Positions 23,769-37,700 of a stretch of DNA of 64,000 nt are shown piece after piece (position 1 is the first letter of the stretch; each line of letters opens with the position of its first letter). The notes beneath the pieces are model-generated. The model did not search any database and had not been told where the DNA came from. It saw nothing but the letters and a program-made list of their open reading frames with translations. This DNA is from Macrostomum hystrix (Eukaryota > Animalia > Platyhelminthes). The DNA lies in NCBI GenBank assembly GCA_950097015.1, contig CATNEN010000039.1, positions 8,246,001-8,310,000 of the forward strand, written 5' to 3'. The translations under genes and the position numbers were made by a program.

Positions 23769-26700
23769 CTAGTTTTGCGACTGCTGACCAGGGGAGCCAG
23801 AGATCCGATTGCTAATATGCTGCCTGGGAGGCACGGCTGGCGGCCTGGCATTGGCTGTCAGCCTTGGAGGTCGATCCGGCGGCTGCGGCGGAGCTGCGGT
23901 CTTCGCCGATGCGTTCCTTGGTGGCGGCTGCGGTGGCTGCTCCGGCTGCTGATGCTGATTGTAAGGATAGTTAGAGATCCCCGGTGCTGGAACAGTGGGC
24001 ACGGGATCCGAAACGCTGCGCGAGTGATCTGCGGATCGAATGCATTCAACACATTGATTTAGAAGAAAAACTCCGCCCCTACTACTGACAGTGCAACAGT
24101 TCGGATTTGAGTAATACTGATAGTTAAAGTGCATTCAAATCGGCGCTATGTTTATCTATCTAAAGTGCAGCACAGAAAGAAACGACACAGATGGAAAATA
24201 ATGCGGAATTTCGAAGCAATTAAACTGGGTTCTAGCTAGCCGTCACGCGGCCAAAAATGAATAGTAGAAAAATTATTTTAATAACGAGGCTCAAAATGAA
24301 ATTGCTGAATTAGAACATAGATATTTATGTCTAAAATGTATTAACTAATACCTTGACTCTCATGCCGTATAAGATTGTCAACAGCTGGAATAAGATGGAT
24401 TAATTGTTTTCAAGAAAAAAAATTATTGGATAAAGAAGGGAAATCGACGTCATCTCAATAAAGTTGAAAAATGTTAACGTAATACACTTTTAATAACTCA
24501 GTCTGATTAAGCTAAAATGATTCAGTCCATAAACCAATGAGCTTAAAATTGGGATAATTATAGACTGTGGGGATAAGGATGCAGGATAATTATAGACTGT
24601 GGGGATAAGGATGGAATAATTATAGACTGTGGGGATAACGATGGGATAATTCTAGACTCGCGGAATAAGGATGGGATAATTATAGACTGTGGGGATTAGG
24701 ATGGGATAATTATAGACACTGGGAATACTTCTGGGATAATTATTTGTTTACACTGGGACAACTTACTTGGCGAATGACCAACTGAGCCCTCAGGCGACGG
24801 ACCGGCAGTGGAAGCTGTTACCGATGCCGATGTTGATGAATGCTGCTGCTGAGGATGCGAATACTGCTGCTGCTGCTGCTGCTGCTGTTGCTGCAGGCTG
24901 GCAGCTGAGCCGCTGGCCGCATTCGACAGGGTCAAGAGGCTGCGGCCAAAGACGGCTGCCACGGCAGCCTTAGAGCCGCCGGCGCGACCATAAGTCGATG
25001 TCGGCGAGCGGAGACACTCGGGCGGGAACCTGAGAGGTAGGATTTGGCGGCCTTCACTCCCTGCCAGACCTTCAGCATCCATTGCCCACCCACCAGTAGC
25101 AAAACAGGCAGCAAACCTTCTTTCAGCCCGTCGCTTCAAGGTGTCCTCGTCTGCGTCCTTGGGCTCGAGTTCGTAGCTTTTCTTGTAGAACAGGTCGTCC
25201 AGCAGCTGCTGGTTTTGGCTGGTGTCGTCAACCTCCTTCAGGCTCAGTTCGCCCATGGGATCAATCGACTGCGGGAGGTAATTTTCTGTTGTCAAATACC
25301 ATGCAATGCAACCTGCAATCTTGAGGTTGTAAGCAGCCATCCTTATGTCTTCAGGAGTGTCAGCAGTCATCAGCAATCTAGAGGGTATCAGGGGTGTCAG
25401 CAGCCATATTTTTGGTGTCAGGGGTTTCAGCAGCCATCTTTATGGGTTCAGGGGTGTCAGCAGCCATCTTTATGGTTTCAGGGGTGTCAGCAGCCATCTT
25501 TATGGTGTCAGGGGTGTCAGCAGCCATCTTTATGGTGTCAGGGGTGTCAGCAGCCATCTTTATGGTTTCAGGGGTGTCAGCAGCCATCTTTATGGTGTCA
25601 GGGGTGTCAGCAGCTATCTTTATGGTGTCAGGGGTGTCAGCACCATCCTTTTGGTGTCAGGGGTGTCAGCACCATCCTTTTGGTGTCAGGGGTGTCAGCA
25701 GCCATCCTTATGGTGTCAGGGGTGTCAGCTGCCATCCTTATGGTGTCAGGGGTGTCAGCTGCCATCCTTATGGTGTCAGGGGTGCCAGCTGCCATCCTTA
25801 AAGTGTCAGGTGTGCCAGCTGCCATCCTTATGGTGTCAGGTGTGTCAGCTGCCATCCTTAAGGTGTCAGGGGTGTCAGCTGCCATCCGTATGGTGTCAGG
25901 GGTGTCAGCTGCCATCCTTAAAGTGTCAGGTGTCAGCAGCTATTTGACATGTCAGCAGTGTCAGCTGCAATCCTAGGGCGTAGCAGCCATCCGGGGGTAT
26001 CAACTGCAATCTAGAGCGTCAGGAGCGTCAGCAAAATGGAGTCCTGGCTGCAAGCCGGGGTCTGAGCAGTCAGCAGCCAGGCAAAGCGCACCTGAACAAA
26101 CTTCTGTATCCTGGGCTCCTCCTGCAGCTGGTAAGGCGTATCCTTGGCCCTGAGCAATTCGTCGATACGTTCGGCCACTTGACGATACCAGAAGATCGGA
26201 ATGAGTACAGTTGAATCGGCTTCAGCTTCGCAGAGAAGCTCCTTGACGGCATCCTTGGACTCCTTCTGTCTAGTACGGTTGATCTCGATGATGCGGATGA
26301 TGCCGCTGAGGTGGTAGCGCAGGTTCGGCACGCAGGCGCTCGCTAGAGACCGAAGCAGCTCATCATACTTGATTAGGTTGTTGCTATTGCTGACTAGCTC
26401 CTGTGTGAGATTCGTACGGGTGAGATTCGATGAGACTGTCGGTGAGATTTGGTGGGACTATGGGTGAGATTTGGTGAGACTGTGAGTGAGATTTGGTGAG
26501 ACTTATGATGACATTTGGTGAGACTGTGAGTGAGATTTGGTGAGACTGTGAGTGAGATTTGGTGAGACTGTGAGAGAGATTTGGTGAGACTGTGAGAGAG
26601 ATTTGGTGAGACTGTGAGAGAGATTTGGTGAGACTGTGGGTGAGATTTGGTGAGACTGTGGGTGAGATTTGGTGAGACTGCGAGTGAGATTTGGTGAGAC

Positions 26701-29700
26701 TTATGATGACATTTGGTGAGACTGTGGGTGAGATTTGGTGAGACTATGTGTGAGATTAGGGGAGGCAAAGTATGAGATCAGATGAGATTTAACGTGGTTA
26801 AATGGGTGAGAGTGATATAAAATCAGTCGGGAATCGCACCTGCATCTGCTGCAGGAAGTCATTATCGCGGCCATTCTTAATATATTTCCATGTGTGCTGC
26901 AGCCTGATGTATTGCACTGAGGAGTTCACAAACACACTGTCAAGAGCTGCTAATCCGAGGAAGTTGTTCAGGTCGCGAAAGTGTTTCATAATCTAAAGTC
27001 AAGTAAGTGAAAAATTTGCAAGGTCAAACATTTAGGTTAAGCTAATAATACTGATACTCGTAAAATGCAGTTGCAATCTAGGATAAGAAAATGTTGATTT
27101 TGTATCTGGCGTTAGAAATCAGAAGTTAGGATATTGGATTGGAAAACATGGGGTTAGGATCTGGGATTAGAAAACAGGAAGTTGGGATCTGGGATTTAAA
27201 AAGTGGGGAGTTGGGATTTGGGATTAGAAAACAGGAAATTGGGATCTGGGATTAAAAAATTGGGAGTTGGGATCTGGGATTGAAAATGGGAGTTGGGATC
27301 TGGGATTAGAGAACAGGGATTCGGGATGCAGGATAATTAAACATTGAATTGGGATGGGGATAAAAAAACTGAGAATCAGGATTAGAAAACAAAATATTCG
27401 ATTAATAGGGAGTGTGAATTATTAAGAATTAGAAAAAAATCTTAAATTAAAAACTAGAAGACTGGATCTGGGATTAGAAAAAAAAGAATGGCGACTTGGA
27501 ATTTCCCAGAAAACTAGGATTTGCGGTCAGGAAAATAATGGACTTAAAACAGAACAAAGGCAAGCCGTGCCCAAAACTCACCTCATAAATCCTGAGCAGT
27601 ACATATCGCCTCTCCTCCAGATTCGGGGTGCTCAGAATGTTGCTGCAGCACCACCAGGTCAGCCTGTTTGTGTACCGAATCAAGGCGTGCACGTTGGGCG
27701 CCTTGCGCAGTTTCTCGCTTGTCTTCATCCAGTCACCTGTGACCAGCTCCCAGGGCTGGATGCGCACGTACAGGTTGAACATGTACAGCGTGATCTGGCG
27801 AGCCAGCTCCAGCGGGTGCAGCGACATCAGGTTGAAGTCCTGCGGATCTGTGGCCGTGTGCCACAATATCTCCGGGCAGTCTGTCGGCGGCGACAATTCG
27901 TGCGGCGGCGACTCGCCATTGCAACGCCTGCGGGGTGAGCAGAATCGCTCTAACGTTTGAGTACAGCCCGCTTTTTCTAGGGAATTTCCCGGCATGGGAA
28001 ATTCCATACTTAGCTTAAATATCCTCGACTGGGATTCCCCAACCTGAGATTTCGTGGCATGGGATTTCCCCAATTAGCTTAAATATCCTTGGATAGGATT
28101 TCCCAATCTGAGATTTCCTGGGATGGGGTTGCTTTAACAAAAATGAATTCATTTGATGAAATTTTCCCCCTCCAGGATCCATCCTTAGATTGGATTTCCC
28201 AACCTAACTGGGATTTTCTTCGATGAGATTTCGCAACAAAGCTTAGATTTCTTTCTTAGTTGTAATTTGCCAACTTAGCTAAGATATCCTCAGATAGAAT
28301 TCCCCCAACCTAGCTGAGATTTCCCCACTTAGCTTAAATATCCTCGGATGAAAAATCTATTATTCGATGAGATTTCCCAATCTAGGATCCCATCCTCGGA
28401 TAGGACTCCATCTGGCTGATATTTCTAGGCGTGGGATTTCTCCGCTAGCTTGGATTTCCTTAGATAGGATACCCCAACCTGAGATTTCCTGGCAAGGGAA
28501 TTCCCCAATTAGCTTAGATATCTAATGATGGGATTCCCCAAACTGAGATTTCCTGGCTAGGGAATTCCCCAATTAGCTTAGATATCTAATGATGGGATTC
28601 CCCAACCTGAGATTTCCTGGCAAGAGAATTCCCCAATAAGCTTAAATATCCTCGGATGGGATTCCCCAACCTGCGATTTCCTGGCAAGGGAATTCCCCAA
28701 TAAGCTTAAATATCCTCGGATGGGATTCCCCAACCTAGCTCAGATTTCCTGGAATGCGAGCTCTCATTTGCAGTGAAATTTCTTTAGCAGAATTTTAACT
28801 TCTCTTCCTTAACACAATACTACTGTACCTGTGGTCACAAGTAAGAAAAGTTACATAACAGAAAACCAGTCAGGTTGTACCTGTTCAAATTTTTCAGCAG
28901 ACTAGGCACTTGAAACTTTGTTATATCGTAGTGCCGTTTAACCAGCGGGCCGCACAGGAAGTCGCTCATTTTCGTAGCCAACTCCGGGTACCGATCAAAG
29001 TCGTGATAATACTCGCTAATCCAGGTGTTCATCACCTTCAGTACGCGGAGGCGCACGCGGCGGCAATAGGCGTTCTCGAATTCTCGTTTCCTAGACTGCG
29101 CCTGAGACATCGGCATGTCTGGACTAGTCTGGAAGTCCGAAAACGTGAACTCGGGAATGCTGAACCGGGCGATGAGCTTGTCCAATAGGTGCTGGGGACT
29201 GCAAAACGACCTGTAGGTCATGAGGAACACCTGCATTAGCCGGCAGTCCATTCCGCCGGGCCCGTGCGTCATCTTTTCAATCAGTTTGTTCAGCGTCGCC
29301 CGACGGATGATGTGCGACTCGCTGCTCGAGCTGCACTCGCTGCTCTCCTCCAGCTCCAGGACCGCGTCAGAGTCCGGCTCGGCGAATCTGAAAATCAGAC
29401 GGGTATGCTTCAGGAATGCTTCAGGAATCCTACCCTCCCTGATGCTTCAGGAATCCTATCCTCCCTGATGCTTCGCGAATCCTATCCTCCCTGATGCTTC
29501 GCGAATCCTATCCTCCCTGATGCTTCAGGAATCCTATCCTCCCTGATGCTTCGCGAATCCTATCCTCCCTGATGCTTCAGGAATCCTATCCTCCCTGATG
29601 CTTCGCGAATCCTATCCTCCCTGATGCTTCAGGAATGCTTCAGGAATCCTACCCTCCCTGATGCTTCAGGAATCCTTCCCTCTCTGATGCCTCAGGAACG

Positions 29701-31714
29701 CTTCAGGAATCCTATCCTCCCTGATGCTTCGCGAATCCTATCCTCCCTGATGCTTCAGGAATCCTATCCTCCCTGATGCTTCGCGAATCCTATCCTCCCT
29801 GATGCTTCAGGAATGCTTCAGGAATCCTACCCTCCCTGATGCTTCAGGAATCCTTCCCTCTCTGATGCCTCAGGAACGCTTCAGGAATCCTATCCTCCCT
29901 GATGCTTCAGGAATCCTATCCTCCCTGATGCTTCGCGAATCCTATCCTCCCTGATGCTTCAGGAATCTTACCCTCCCTGATGCTTCAGGAATCTTACCCT
30001 CCCTGATGCTTCAGGAATCTTACCCTCCCTGATGCTTCGCGAATCCTATCCTCCCTGATGCTTCAGGAATCTTACCCTCCCTGATGCTTCAGGAATCTTA
30101 CCCTCCCTGATGCTTCAGGAATGCTTCAGGAATCCCACCTCATGTAAAGAAGCCGAGTTAAAAAAGAAGGCAGTTGGGTATTTTACTTACTCATAGCCGT
30201 GTGCGTTGACGGGAAAGCAGATCTCCTCGGACTTCACGCAAGCGCCATGAAACAGATACTCTTCGAACATGCTGCAAGTGATTGGGCGAGCCAATTGGCT
30301 TGAAAGTAGTTATTGTATATCATCGTCAGCTGATGAACTGCTGTACATGCGCGACATTTAGAAAGACAGGTAAATCAATCAGAAGGACAGGTGAGAGTAC
30401 AGGTAAAAACAATCAGGCCGACAGGTGAAATGACAGGTAAAACAGTCAGGTAAGACAGATGATAAGACAGGTAAAACAGTTCAGCAGACAGGTGAAACGA
30501 CAGGTAAAACAGTCAGGCAGTCAGATGATAAGACAGGTAAAACAGTCCAGCAGACAGGTGAAACGACAGGTAAAAAAGTCAGGTGAGACAGGTGATGAGA
30601 CAGGTGATGAGACAGGTAAAACAGTCCAGCAGACAAGTGAAACGACAGGTAAAAAGATCAGGTGAGACAGGTGAAACGACAGGTAAAAAGATCAGGTGAG
30701 ACAGGTGAAAACAGTCATTCAGACTCACTGGTAGCACTGCAGATAGACTAGTATAAGCATCCAGTCGTCTTTATCCGCAGCGCATTTGGTCCCAAAAACG
30801 GCTCGCTGTCGAGTCGGCGGCTGCGAGGCACCACCAGTGACGTCGCCGGCTGCTTCGGCGAGTGCCAGGTACTCGATTGCGAAGGTGTGCAACTCGCCTT
30901 AGATTTCAGAGATGCGGAAATGAATATTTGTTTAGTCAAAAAAGGACAATAATCTTGGCTCTATCCCCGCAACTGTCGCGTGTAGGGGTGGACCAGGTTT
31001 ATTTATACCTGTACCGGGGCAGGCCTCTTATCTATGGGGTCACGGTCCATCCGGCTAAAAGTCTCCAGACAGACTTCCTGAATTCTTATCTGGTCTCTCA
31101 GCCGGGGTGGCCGAAGTTGCAGTCGGCCATTCACAAATTTAAATTCCAAACAGCGGCGACAGCAAAGCTTTTAACCTTCTAGCACACCTTCTAGCACACC
31201 TTATTTATTATCTTTTCGTTTGTTCTGCGCCTTAACAGAAAGATTGCTATGATAAAAATCAATAATTATGACAGTCTAGACTGCAAAAACACCGAATCGG
31301 ATAAACAGGCAGCCGGACAGGCAAATGGGAATATGAAAACTACGAAAGAAAATGGAAAACGCATACGGTTACAAATAGACTGCTGTGGCGCTGAAAATTG
31401 CAATCAGAACTTGGTGTCAGAATAAAAAGAGTGGAGACAGACTAGGACAGAGATAGACAGACAGATAGACAGACAGACAGACAGACAGACACCAAGGACA
31501 GACAGACAGACACCCAGGACAGACAGACAGACATACAGACTAGGACAGAGATAGACAGACAGATAGACAGACAGACAGACAGACAGACACCCAGGACAGA
31601 CAGACAGACACCCAGGACAGACAGACAGACATACAGACTAGGACAGAGATAGACAGACAGATAGACAGACAGACAGACAGACAGACATACAGACTAGGAC
31701 AGAGATAGACAGAC

Positions 31715-31755
<41 letters not shown>

Positions 31756-34700
31756 GGCAGACAGACAGACAGGCAGACAGACAGACAGGCAGACAGACAC
31801 CCAGGAAAGACAGACAGACACCCAGGACAGACAGACAGACACCCAGGACAGACAGACAGACACCCAGGACAGACAGACAGACACCCAGGACAGACAGACA
31901 GACACCCAGCACAGACAGGCAGACACCCAGCACAGACAGGCAGACAGACAGGCAGTCTGAGGCAGACAGAAACCAAGACCCTTTTTGTCTGCAGAGAGAA
32001 GAAGTGCACTGCTGTATTTAAAAAAGACCCGTTGCTTTGTAGGCAAGAAATAAAAATGCGATCGCAAACCTCACAGGGCCTAAGAAGAAAGAATAGCAAA
32101 AAATAAAAAAATACTGATACCAAAGGGAAATGTAACTGAAAAATCTAAAAAAATTATTTAGAAAATATGCAACAAAACTTGAGAAACAGAAAAAATAGCT
32201 TTTTTGCTAAGTGCACACGCACGAATGCAATTTTGAAGTCTAAAGAAACTCGAAATTTGTTTCTTTTTACCGACCGTCGGACTACGACTGAAAGAGGTCT
32301 GGAGTTCTATTCCGGGCTAAGGGGAAGATGAACTCTTCATTGCATAAGTTGACACTAGAGTCATTAAGCCATTTTGCCACCCATTTTCATGCCAAGCGGA
32401 TTTCTCCCTCCACCCACTGAATTTTTTTGCAGCGCCGGAATGTTAACAGCGTTGGGTGGTGACAATATATTTGACAGACTATAGGCTGAGCCTAATATTT
32501 AGGCTTGATCAGTGAAATTTGGAGAAATTCGCGTCAGGTTGTCCATAGTGGCCTATTTCCACCTGTTGTAGCCCTTGAAGGTCCAGCAAATCCGTCTAGA
32601 TAAAGGTAGGTGACCACCGAAGACGGAGATATTCGGCTGACATGCTGATAAATTTTGAAGGCCTGGCAAGGCCGCACTGAGGCGCAGTGCTAATTTGTGT
32701 ATAGGGTGTATGAAATACACTAGCGCTTATGGGAAAAATCGGACCTTCGGCCAGAACCATTGAATATCTCGACGGTCTGAAGAGCTGGCGACTTGATTAT
32801 TGTTTCAGAAGATGCGCAACAAAAATTTTGGCCCATGTTCTTGAGTTTCGTGGGCTTGCCTTGCCCCATTCGGGTGCAACACAAAGAATTGTCAGGGGGA
32901 ACGGCAGTTGTACTGTTAATCCAATATTTAAAATGGGTGGAAACTAAGGTAGGTGTGCCGGACCCTCCAGTCCATGGACTGGACACTGATCGAAATCCTC
33001 AAATATCCCCAGCTGAATCCTAGACAGTCGCTCACCATCATCGAATCCGGTGGAGGTTGCCGCAGTCGCCTCGGTGGCATTGTCGGCAGCAGCAGGCCTG
33101 TCCAGGACGCAGAACCGGTGCTGCGCCAGGTGCACCACCCGCTTCAGTTTGAACTCTTCTCCGCCGCCACCGCGCAACGCCAACGAGGCCTTGCCGCAGG
33201 GCTTCAGCACAAACAGCCGATTGTTGAATAGGCAGACGCGGCGTTCGCGGAATTTACCGCCCCGCTGCTCCTGATGCCACAGGCTGGCGTCGCGGTAGAA
33301 CACGCAGCACTTTGGTCTGGCGTCCAGCTCACCTGGCGAGCATCTGAGCACAGTTTGACAGATTAGTGAATCAAAGCACTGCACTATAAATCTAAGGGAA
33401 GATTGGCTCAACACAGATAACACAGGATCCTGAGCTCGATTCCGCGGTAAGGCCACATTCTTTATTGGGGAGAGAAGGCTTGGGGGCCTGTTGCGCTATT
33501 TACGCCCTTGAGGGCCAACCTCCAAGGCACAGTAAGAGTGTACACTGCTTGACGATGAGAAAGTCAGGACAGATGTACACTCTTGTGTGAGCGAGTGACT
33601 GAGCAGCAGCCTTCACAGTGTGAGTGGTGACTGCAGCCTTCACAGTGAGTGGTGACTGCAGCCTTCACAGTGAGTGGTGACTGCAGCCTTCACAGTGAGT
33701 GGTGACTGCAGCCTTCACAGTGAGTGGTGACTGCAGCCTTCACAGTAAGTGGTGACTGCAGCCTTCACAGTGAGTGGTGACTGCAGCCTTCACAGTGAGT
33801 GGTGACTGCAGCCTTCACAGTGTGAGTGGTGACTGCAGCCTTCACAGTGAGTGGTGACAACAGCCTTCACAGTGTGAGTGGTGACTGCAGCCTTCACAGT
33901 GAGTGGTGACTGCAGCCTTCACAGTGAGTGGTGACTGCAGCCTTCACAGTGAGTGGTGACTGCAGCCTTCACAGTGAGTGGTGACTGCAGCCTTCACAGT
34001 GAGTGGTGACTGCAGCCTTCACAGTGAATGGTGACTGCAGCCTTCACAGTGAGTGGTGACTGCAGCCTTCACAGTGAGTGGTGACTGAAGCCTTCACAGT
34101 GTGAGTGGTGACTGCAACCTTCACAGTGAGTGGTGACTGCAGCCTTCACAGTGTGAGTGGTGACTGCAGCCTTCACAGTGTGAGTGGTGACTGCAGCCTT
34201 CACATTGTGAGTGGTGACAACAGCCTTCACAGTGAGTGGTGACAACAGCCTTCACAGTGTGAGTGGTGACAACAGCCTTCACAGTGTGAGTGGTGACAGC
34301 AGCCTTCACAGTGTGAGTGGTGACAGCAGCCTTCACAGTGAGTGGTGACAACAGCCTTCACAGTGAGTGGTGACTGCAGCCTTCACAGTGAGTGGTGACA
34401 ACAGCCTTCACAGTGAGTGGTGACTGCAGCCTTCACAGTGTGAGTGGTGACAACAGCCTTCACAGTGTGAGTGGTGACAGCAGCCTTCACAGTGAGTGGT
34501 GACAACAGCCTTCACAGTGAGTGGTGACAACAGCCTTCACAGTGAGTGGTGACAACAGCCTTCACAGTGTGAGTGGTGACAACAGCCTTCACAGTGTGAG
34601 TGGTGACAGCAGCCTTCACAGTGTGAGTGGTGACAGCAGCCTTCACAGTGAGTGGTGACAACAGCCTTCACAGTGAGTGGTGACTGCAGCCTTCACAGTG

Positions 34701-37700
34701 AGTGGTGACAACAGCCTTCACAGTGAGTGGTGACAACAGCCTTCACAGTGTGAGTGGTGACAACAGCCTTCACAGTGTGAGTGGTGACAGCAGCCTTCAC
34801 AGTGAGTGGTGACAACAGCCTTCACAGTGAGTGGTGACAACAGCCTTCACAGTGAGTGGTGACAACAGCCTTCACAGTGAGTGGTGACAACAGCCTTCAC
34901 AGTGAGTGGTGACTGCAGCCTTCACAGTGAGTGGTGACAACAGCCTTCACAGTGAGTGGTGACAACAGCCTTCACAGTGAGTGGTGACAACAGCCTTCAC
35001 AGTGAGTGGTGACTGCAGCCTTCACAGTGAGTGGTGACTGCAGCCTTCACAGTGAGTGGTGACAACAGCCTTCACAGTGAGTGGTGACTGCAGCCTTCAC
35101 AGTGAGTGGTGACAGCAGCCTTCACAGTGAGTGGTGACAACAGCCTTCACAGTGAGTGGTGACTGCAGCCTTCACAGTGAGTGGTGACTGCAGCCATCAC
35201 AGTGAGTGGTGACAACAGCCTTCACAGTGAGTGGTGACAACAGCCTTCACAGTGAGTGGTGACAACAGCCTTCACAGTGAGTGGTGACTGCAGCCTTCAC
35301 GGCGCTTTAGTTGCAACCCTCAGCGAGTTCAGCAAGCCTCACTTGGTCAGCTGTCGCAGCTGTTCCAGCTTCTTTGTGCACTGCGCATCCGGATATCCAG
35401 CGTCAGGGGCGCGCACGGAGTTGTGAAAGAACAGCCGCGAAGCCAGCGGAGTCAACGGTCGGAATGAGCAGTCGATCGCGGCTGAGACAGTGGGCTGAAA
35501 GTCAGTTGCCGAATGCGAGACGATCAGGGTGTCGATTTTGTGACGCGTCGATACTAGAATTGAGCGGCACTGCTTAATGGCGTCGCGATCTTCGGCGCTT
35601 GACGAAGACAACAACGAGACGGCGGCAGGGACATCGCCAGCGCCAGAGTCGGGACTGTTCGGAGCTCTGAGCTGCTGCTCAAAGTGGGCCAGTATTCGAT
35701 CATAGTAGAGAAAGTGTCCGATGGGCACCAGGAGCAGGTTGGGCAGCAGGTAGCGGCATGCCAGCAGGAGGCAGTTGCGGGTCTCGGATTCGTCTGGTAA
35801 TTCAGCTGTTTCAGCAGCACCGGCGGCTTCTGTGGCACCCTGGCAACCAGTGGACACGCTGACTAGATCCAGCGAAGAGAACAGGTAGTACTGCTGCTGC
35901 TGCTGCTGCTGCTGCTGATGCCGATGCCGTCGGTGATGCGAGCAATAGGAGGCAGCTGCCAGTAGGCGGTTAAAGCAGCGCTGCTCAAGCGACCGGCCGA
36001 GAGCTTCGTATTTCTCCTGCACAGACCGGTTGTTAAGCAGGCTGCGGAGGCGCTCGAAGCAGCGCGGATCCAGCACATCCTGGGTGCATGGCGGGCGGTG
36101 GTGGCTGGTGACGCTCAAAATAATTATTTTTAAGGCTATTCCCTTCATGCTCTACTTTAGAACTTTAGAATCCCAAGTTGCTACAATGGGTTCCTGGCTT
36201 GAGAATCGAATCCTAGACCATTCGCTAAAACCTCAATAAGGGGGGGGGTGACTGGCAGAACGATAAACGCGTTTTCCTCTCATACCAAGGTCCCTGACAA
36301 TGAGAGTCAAGGCAGATGTACACATCCTGTGTGCGCGTGTGCTCAGGAGTCAGCGAAATGGGCAGAATTGCCTCCTCGCTGGCATTGGGTCTACTGTCAC
36401 CAAATGATGTACCATTGCCTGCAGCCCTCCTGCAATTATTTTTAACTTTTAACACCTCATGAACACTAGAAAGACCTCGGGGGGCATCTCAAATATCGAC
36501 ATTTCTCTTTTTTCTGCATCCCCGTTGTCTTTCCCAAGCGTGTTCTTTCTACTGTTAAAAACTGACCAACCTGAGAATATCTGGCAAAGCTGTCAAAATG
36601 TCCTTCCTCCGCCAGCTCATAGAAGCAATGCCCAATGGGTGGCTGGTCTGTCACATTGCGACTATCGTCTAGGGCGACAAACAGTAGGCCGGCGCACTCG
36701 GCTACGGCGCCAATGGAACTAAAAATCGTGTCGATATCAGGCGAACTGGGATTTAGTTCAACCAGCGGCTGCTTGAACAGCTGGTCAACAATTTGCAGCT
36801 GTTTGCTAAAGGTCTCCTCAAAGTACAGCAGCTCATTCACGCCTTGACGATACTCCTTGGGTAGGGACCAGACATAATCGGTTTCTAAGACTTGCTGCTG
36901 CTGCTGTTGCTGCTGCTGAGCGGCTGAGCTTGGCGATGAGAAGAATGTGTCAACGACAATCTGAACAATGGAGAAGCGAGTTCGATTCCTAGACTTCTTG
37001 TTTTTATCTGGACTGGCTCTGAGATTGCGCATGCCGCAGTCAAGGACTGAGCAGATAGTAGGAAGCCAGCCGGGCAGGAACCAAAAAAATTATAGTTGCT
37101 CAGGAAATATGTTTTTAATCGATGCAGTTAATCCAAGGTATATAAGAGGGCCGGGTAAGCAGGGTTGGGGAGTTCGCAAAATATTTTGTAGACAAAAATC
37201 GCGCAGAAATATATTCATTTTCCCCTTCAAATGCATTTCGAGTCCGTTTTTTTAATGCCTCGAGACCGGAGGTGGGCCCGCCGGTATAGGTGGCTGGGTG
37301 GGCACATTGTGGGGGCTCTAGGCGGGTGGAGCAGCTTGAGTCGCCCCGCATGCTGTCTGCTGCTTGAGTTCCGCCCGCTTCAGCCGCCGGCGCCGAAAGC
37401 TCGAAAGAAAAAATACAACTAAAGATAGAAAACAGCAGCAATGACAGGAGAATGACAGATCGATTTGGCGATTCTCAAACACCCGAGTGCTTGATCCAGA
37501 TGTCCCTAATAAACATTTCTAAATCCAAGGAATCCTATAGAATAGAATCACTACTAAATCTAGTACTGCATAAACTCTCCTAAATTCTAGGAAAACCCGG
37601 AAACACTCCTAAATACAGAAGTCCCTAAACTTTCCTAAATTCTAGGAAAACCCGGAAACACTCCTAAATACAGAAGTCCCTAAACTCTCCTAAATTCTAG

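Noticed and set aside
25269-25376. N-terminal part of ORF 24696-25376 as SOS coding sequence
   Set aside because: Repeat-derived; SOS homology (KFVQ|SIDPMG versus RFFENLNPMG) places the acceptor at 25268
37256-37410. GC-rich segment in SOS intron 3 as an extra exon
   Set aside because: No convincing GT donor, no SOS similarity, and exons 3 and 4 join in phase without it
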